64,000 nt of DNA from Bacteriovoracaceae bacterium (GTDB taxonomy: Bacteria > Bdellovibrionota > Bacteriovoracia > Bacteriovoracales > Bacteriovoracaceae). Shown piece by piece: positions 60,218 to 64,000 of the stretch. The notes beneath the pieces are model-generated. The model did not search any database. It was not told the DNA's origin and was given only the letters and a program-made list of their open reading frames with translations. The stretch is from NCBI GenBank assembly GCA_965217035.1, contig OZ244226.1:1036146-1100145 (forward strand). Reading direction: 5' to 3'. Made by a program: the position numbers and the translations under genes. Position 1 is the first letter of the stretch, and each line of letters begins with the position of its first letter.

Positions 60218-61291
60218 TTATAATCCAAGTTCATCTTTCATATAAGAAGATATCTGATTATCAACAGTCTCATTCATTGGGAAGTACTTCACTTCGACTT
60301 CTCCATAAGATGTAGGGATGATGAAGCCGTACTCTTCAGATTTATTCTTTTTATCTTTTCTTAAAGCGCTAAAGAAAACATCAAAATCGAGTGAAGTATA
60401 ATCACTCTCCTTTAAATTTTTTCTCGCGTAAGTATCAAGCTTATCAAAGGTCTCTGAGTTGATAAGATTATTTTCGAGTGAAAACTTATTTGCAATCAGA
60501 ATCCCAATATTAATGGCAAGACCATGAGGAATTTTATATTGACTCGCAACTTCAATCGCATGACCGAAAGTATGACCAAGATTCATTTTTAATCTTAACC
60601 CTGTATCAAACTCATCTTCTTCAATAAGTGTTTTCTTACAAAGAAGAGAATTATGAATCGCCTGCTCCATGACCTTCGAATCATCAATATTTTGAAGGAA
60701 GCCATCCATTTTATCCGTAGCATCACTTCCTGAGAGCATATGAACTTTTACCATTTCACCGATTCCTGAGCGAACCTCTTTGTCAGTTAAGGTTTCTAAA
60801 AAGTCCGTTGAGATAATAATTTGTTCTGGCGGATAGAAATTACCGAGAAGGTTTTTCCAGGATTTAAAATTCAAAGAACTCTTACCTCCTATGCAACTAT
60901 CACTTTGAGCCAAAAGAGTTGTTGGAATTAAGTTCCATTTCACGCCTCTAAAAAGAATTGAACAAACAAAGGTTGAGACATCTTGAGTAATACCTCCACC
61001 AATGGCCGTAACTCTTTGCCCTCTCTTAATTCCTTTTTCGAGTAATTTTTCGATTATCTTCAATGCCATATCAGCTGTTTTATTTTCTTCAGCAGCATCG
61101 ATAAAAATAGGATCTTTTATCTTTGAGAAAAATGGTATGTTCTTATAAAGGTCATAAACTTTTCTATCAACAATAGTAAAGTTTGTATCAAGATCAAGGC
61201 TTTTGAACTCCTCTAATCTTTTAAAGAGAATTTTATAATCACCCGTTAACGAACGTATTGTTAGATCTTTAAGTTGCAAGAAAACCTCCAT
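60218..61291 (-). CDS. 3-dehydroquinate synthase-like sugar-phosphate cyclase
   Basis: GGGITQD, PTTLLAQSDSCIGGK, KNLLGNF, GEMVK, NLGHTFGHAIE, PHG, DKKN. Confidence 0.88.
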   Translation of the reverse strand: MEVFLQLKDLTIRSLTGDYKILFKRLEEFKSLDLDTNFTIVDRKVYDLYKNIPFFSKIKDPIFIDAAEENKTADMALKIIEKLLEKGIKRGQRVTAIGGGITQDVSTFVCSILFRGVKWNLIPTTLLAQSDSCIGGKSSLNFKSWKNLLGNFYPPEQIIISTDFLETLTDKEVRSGIGEMVKVHMLSGSDATDKMDGFLQNIDDSKVMEQAIHNSLLCKKTLIEEDEFDTGLRLKMNLGHTFGHAIEVASQYKIPHGLAINIGILIANKFSLENNLINSETFDKLDTYARKNLKESDYTSLDFDVFFSALRKDKKNKSEEYGFIIPTSYGEVEVKYFPMNETVDNQISSYMKDELGL

Positions 61292-62021
61292 CAATCGTCA
61301 ATGTTTCTGCTGTGATGAAAGTATTATTTTTTGAAGCCAAGAAAAGAACACCAGTAGCAATTTCTTCAGGTTTGCCTAATCGTCCCAAAGGAACAACTTT
61401 CATCATCTCTGCAATACCATTCTCCCCTAAAGTTTTACGAGTCAGCTCTGTTTCAATAAATCCGGGGGCTACTGCATTAATAAGAATATTGTCTTTCGCC
61501 ATATCAAGGGCGGTACTTTTTGTCTGCCCAATAAGACCAAACTTTGAAGAAGAGTAATTCATTCTTCCACTCCGAGTTACCTGCCCAAAAATTGAAGCGA
61601 TATTTACAATACGCCCATAACCTTTTTTCTGCATGCTTTTTACAAGTTTTGATGTTAGTAAAGCAGGTCCAACAAGGTTTACTTCAAGAACATCTCTTAG
61701 GTTTTCTTCATTAAGCTCTAGAAGAGTTTCAACTTTATTAATCCCAGCATTGTTAACACAAACATCAAAATCAGAATACTTAGTAATGATTTGATCAATC
61801 TGTTCTGAAATATCAGACCCGAGAAAATCCAAACAATGATAAGCAGCTCGATCACCATAAGGCTCAAGAACCGAAAGAAGTTCAGGACTTGCTTGCTCTT
61901 TCGTTCCAGTTAACAAAACAAATGACGCTGAGCTATCCAAGAAAGCTTTTGCTGTTGCTAACCCAATCCCCCGGGAAGCCCCTGTAACAATGATATTCTG
62001 GTCTTCAAATGAAATATTCAT
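61269..62021 (-). CDS. SDR family oxidoreductase (FabG-like)
   Basis: TGASRGIG, NNAG, YSSSK, NAVAPG, DGG; start probably ATG 62021. Confidence 0.9.
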   Translation of the reverse strand: MNISFEDQNIIVTGASRGIGLATAKAFLDSSASFVLLTGTKEQASPELLSVLEPYGDRAAYHCLDFLGSDISEQIDQIITKYSDFDVCVNNAGINKVETLLELNEENLRDVLEVNLVGPALLTSKLVKSMQKKGYGRIVNIASIFGQVTRSGRMNYSSSKFGLIGQTKSTALDMAKDNILINAVAPGFIETELTRKTLGENGIAEMMKVVPLGRLGKPEEIATGVLFLASKNNTFITAETLTIDGGFLAT

Positions 62022-62077
62022 GTGTAAAAAGTATATTTTTTGAACTAACATGTCATTGATTAAAATAGGGACAAATC

Positions 62078-63004
62078 ATGATTCGCTACGAGTTTTACGA
62101 CTTTAAAGTCAAAGATTCTAATATTCACCCGAACGATATACTGGTTCAAGAAAAAGAGCTGGCAAGCCAATTTATTGCAGAGAATCAAATTACAAGTCAT
62201 TCAAATAACTTTCTCTTCAAGAGAAAAAATCTCAGTTACTCATTAGACAGCGACAAGAATTTAAAACTTGATGCAGAGATTTCTCAAGATATTGTTCATA
62301 AATATTTCCAAGAATCTGAACTTGCAAAGTTTAGGGCCAGCGAAGAATACCAATCCAACGTGACGAACTTGAGATCTCATATTTGGAAGTCTTATGTTGA
62401 TTGGATTGAAGGTCGATGTTTCCGTTACCTGGGTAAAAAAGAAAATTTAACAGCACTGGATATTGGAAGTCGAAATGTCGGCTGGATAGAACTTCTAAGA
62501 AACTCACCAACTTTCTCAAGTCTGTCTCTTAAAAATTGCCTTCCTCCCATTAAATGTGAAGATCTTCCTAAAACAAATCATAATGTTGTTATTGCTTTGG
62601 ATGCTATCCAAAGAGAAACAAACCCAGAGGAATTTTTATCTGGATTGAGAAATAACTTAAATGACGACGGAATTCTCATTCTGTCTTTTAGATCAGGAAC
62701 AGGTTTCGATATTCTTGCTTTAAAAAGCTCTAATGAGAGTATTTTTCCTCTTGATCATATTTTTCTTCCATCTATCGCTGGAATAAAAAACCTTCTCGCC
62801 AAAACAGGTTTTGAAATCAAAGAAGTCACAACACCTGGTCAACTGGATGCTGAGATTGTAAAGAAGTCAGTTGAGCTTGGGCATTGTACTGACCCACTCA
62901 TCACTCATCTCGTGGACATGGTTCCAATCGAAGAACTTCAAACATTTATTCAAAAAAACAACCTTAGTTCACACGTAAGATTAGTCGCTCAAAAGAAAGC
63001 ATAA
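62078..63004 (+). CDS. Class I SAM-dependent methyltransferase-like protein
   Basis: ALDIGS, GFDIL, DHIF, TPGQLD, LSSH motifs typical of polysaccharide-locus methyltransferases. Confidence 0.65.
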   Translation: MIRYEFYDFKVKDSNIHPNDILVQEKELASQFIAENQITSHSNNFLFKRKNLSYSLDSDKNLKLDAEISQDIVHKYFQESELAKFRASEEYQSNVTNLRSHIWKSYVDWIEGRCFRYLGKKENLTALDIGSRNVGWIELLRNSPTFSSLSLKNCLPPIKCEDLPKTNHNVVIALDAIQRETNPEEFLSGLRNNLNDDGILILSFRSGTGFDILALKSSNESIFPLDHIFLPSIAGIKNLLAKTGFEIKEVTTPGQLDAEIVKKSVELGHCTDPLITHLVDMVPIEELQTFIQKNNLSSHVRLVAQKKA

Positions 63005-64000
63005 TGAATAAGTTGAAGACAGTTATTATCGGAATGGGAAAGATGGGTAAGATCCGTCTCAAAGAAATTGATATCCATGGTGGATTCGAGTTTCTCGGTT
63101 ATTGTGATATCAAAGAAACAATTCCTTTTGATAATAATGTTTTCTTTAGTACTGATTGGAAAGAAGTCATAGAGAAATGTGAACCTGAAGCAATTTTCGT
63201 TTGCACTTTTAATAACGCGATTCCTGAAATTGTGAGTTATTGTCTTGAGAAAAATATTCATGTTTTCTCTGAGAAACCTCCTGGACGAACCATAGAAGAC
63301 GTTCAAATGATGATAAATGCTGAAGAGAAAACCCATGCCATTTTAAAGTTTGGTTTCAACCATCGCTTCCATTACGCGATCATGGAAGCCAAGTCGATGA
63401 TTGAATCTGGAAAGTTTGGGAAAATTCTTTGGGCCAGAGGAACTTATGGAAAAGCTGGCGGAAATCAATTTGAAGGAAACTGGAGAAGTGATAAGAACCT
63501 ATCTGGAGGAGGAATTCTTCTTGATCAAGGAATTCATATGCTCGATCTCCTTCGCTACTTTATGGGAGATTTTTCTGAAATCAAAAGCTTTGTCGAGAAT
63601 TCTTACTGGAAGAATATCGACATGGAGGATAATGCTTTTGCCTTAATGAAATCAATCGAAGGTAAGGTTGCCATGCTCCACTCAAGTGCGACTCAATGGA
63701 AGCATAAGTTTCATCTCGATCTCTACTTAGAAGAAGGTTATATTACAATTGATGGAATTCTCTCATCGACAAGAAGCTACGGAGAAGAATGCATAACCTT
63801 TGCGAAAAAAGAATTCGAAGATCAAGCTTCAGCATTTGGTAAACCAAGAGAACAAAAAATTTATTTTGATAAAGATGATTCTTGGAGATTAGAAGTCGAA
63901 GAATTCTATAATGCCATTTCAGGAAAGTCGGAGCTTAAAATGGGAACTTCCACAGATGCTCTTGAAGTCATGAAACTTGTCTACGGTATTTACAAAGCTG
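63004..64000 (+). CDS. Gfo/Idh/MocA family oxidoreductase, runs off the window end (absent from ORF track)
   Basis: ATG 63004: MNKLKTVIIGMGKMG...HVFSEKPPG...GFNHRFH...GGGILLDQGIHMLD. Confidence 0.9.
   Translation, partial: MNKLKTVIIGMGKMGKIRLKEIDIHGGFEFLGYCDIKETIPFDNNVFFSTDWKEVIEKCEPEAIFVCTFNNAIPEIVSYCLEKNIHVFSEKPPGRTIEDVQMMINAEEKTHAILKFGFNHRFHYAIMEAKSMIESGKFGKILWARGTYGKAGGNQFEGNWRSDKNLSGGGILLDQGIHMLDLLRYFMGDFSEIKSFVENSYWKNIDMEDNAFALMKSIEGKVAMLHSSATQWKHKFHLDLYLEEGYITIDGILSSTRSYGEECITFAKKEFEDQASAFGKPREQKIYFDKDDSWRLEVEEFYNAISGKSELKMGTSTDALEVMKLVYGIYKA

Overview
AT-rich bacterial chromosome segment. Gene content and the many short secreted orphans suggest a Bdellovibrionota/Bacteriovoracaceae-like organism (inference only). 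Left to right: (1) typA and a TolC-RND-TetR efflux operon with an IS5-family element just upstream; (2) about 5.5 kb of orphan secreted-protein genes; (3) a ~9.4 kb tyrosine-integrase island in the initiator tRNA-Met gene, bounded by a 46-bp direct repeat (14509-14554 / 23936-23981); (4) housekeeping genes (rluB, scpAB, flagellin, trmB, dnaG, rpoD, SNF2 helicase); (5) a >24 kb surface-polysaccharide locus that runs off the right end. The island carries a PepSY/cytochrome b/membrane-LuxR module and a probable inorganic-carbon module. That module has a SulP transporter fused to an iota-carbonic-anhydrase-like domain, a beta-carbonic anhydrase, a divergent NhaR-like LysR and a candidate nhaA-I-like leader RNA. 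The polysaccharide locus has two unusual sub-clusters: a UbiA/HAD + GMC oxidoreductase + two extended-SDR + GT-C-like lipid-linked pentose pathway, and an SDR + dehydroquinate-synthase-like cyclase + CMP-ulosonate-type cytidylyltransferase operon. All product calls come from motif recognition by eye; no searches were run.
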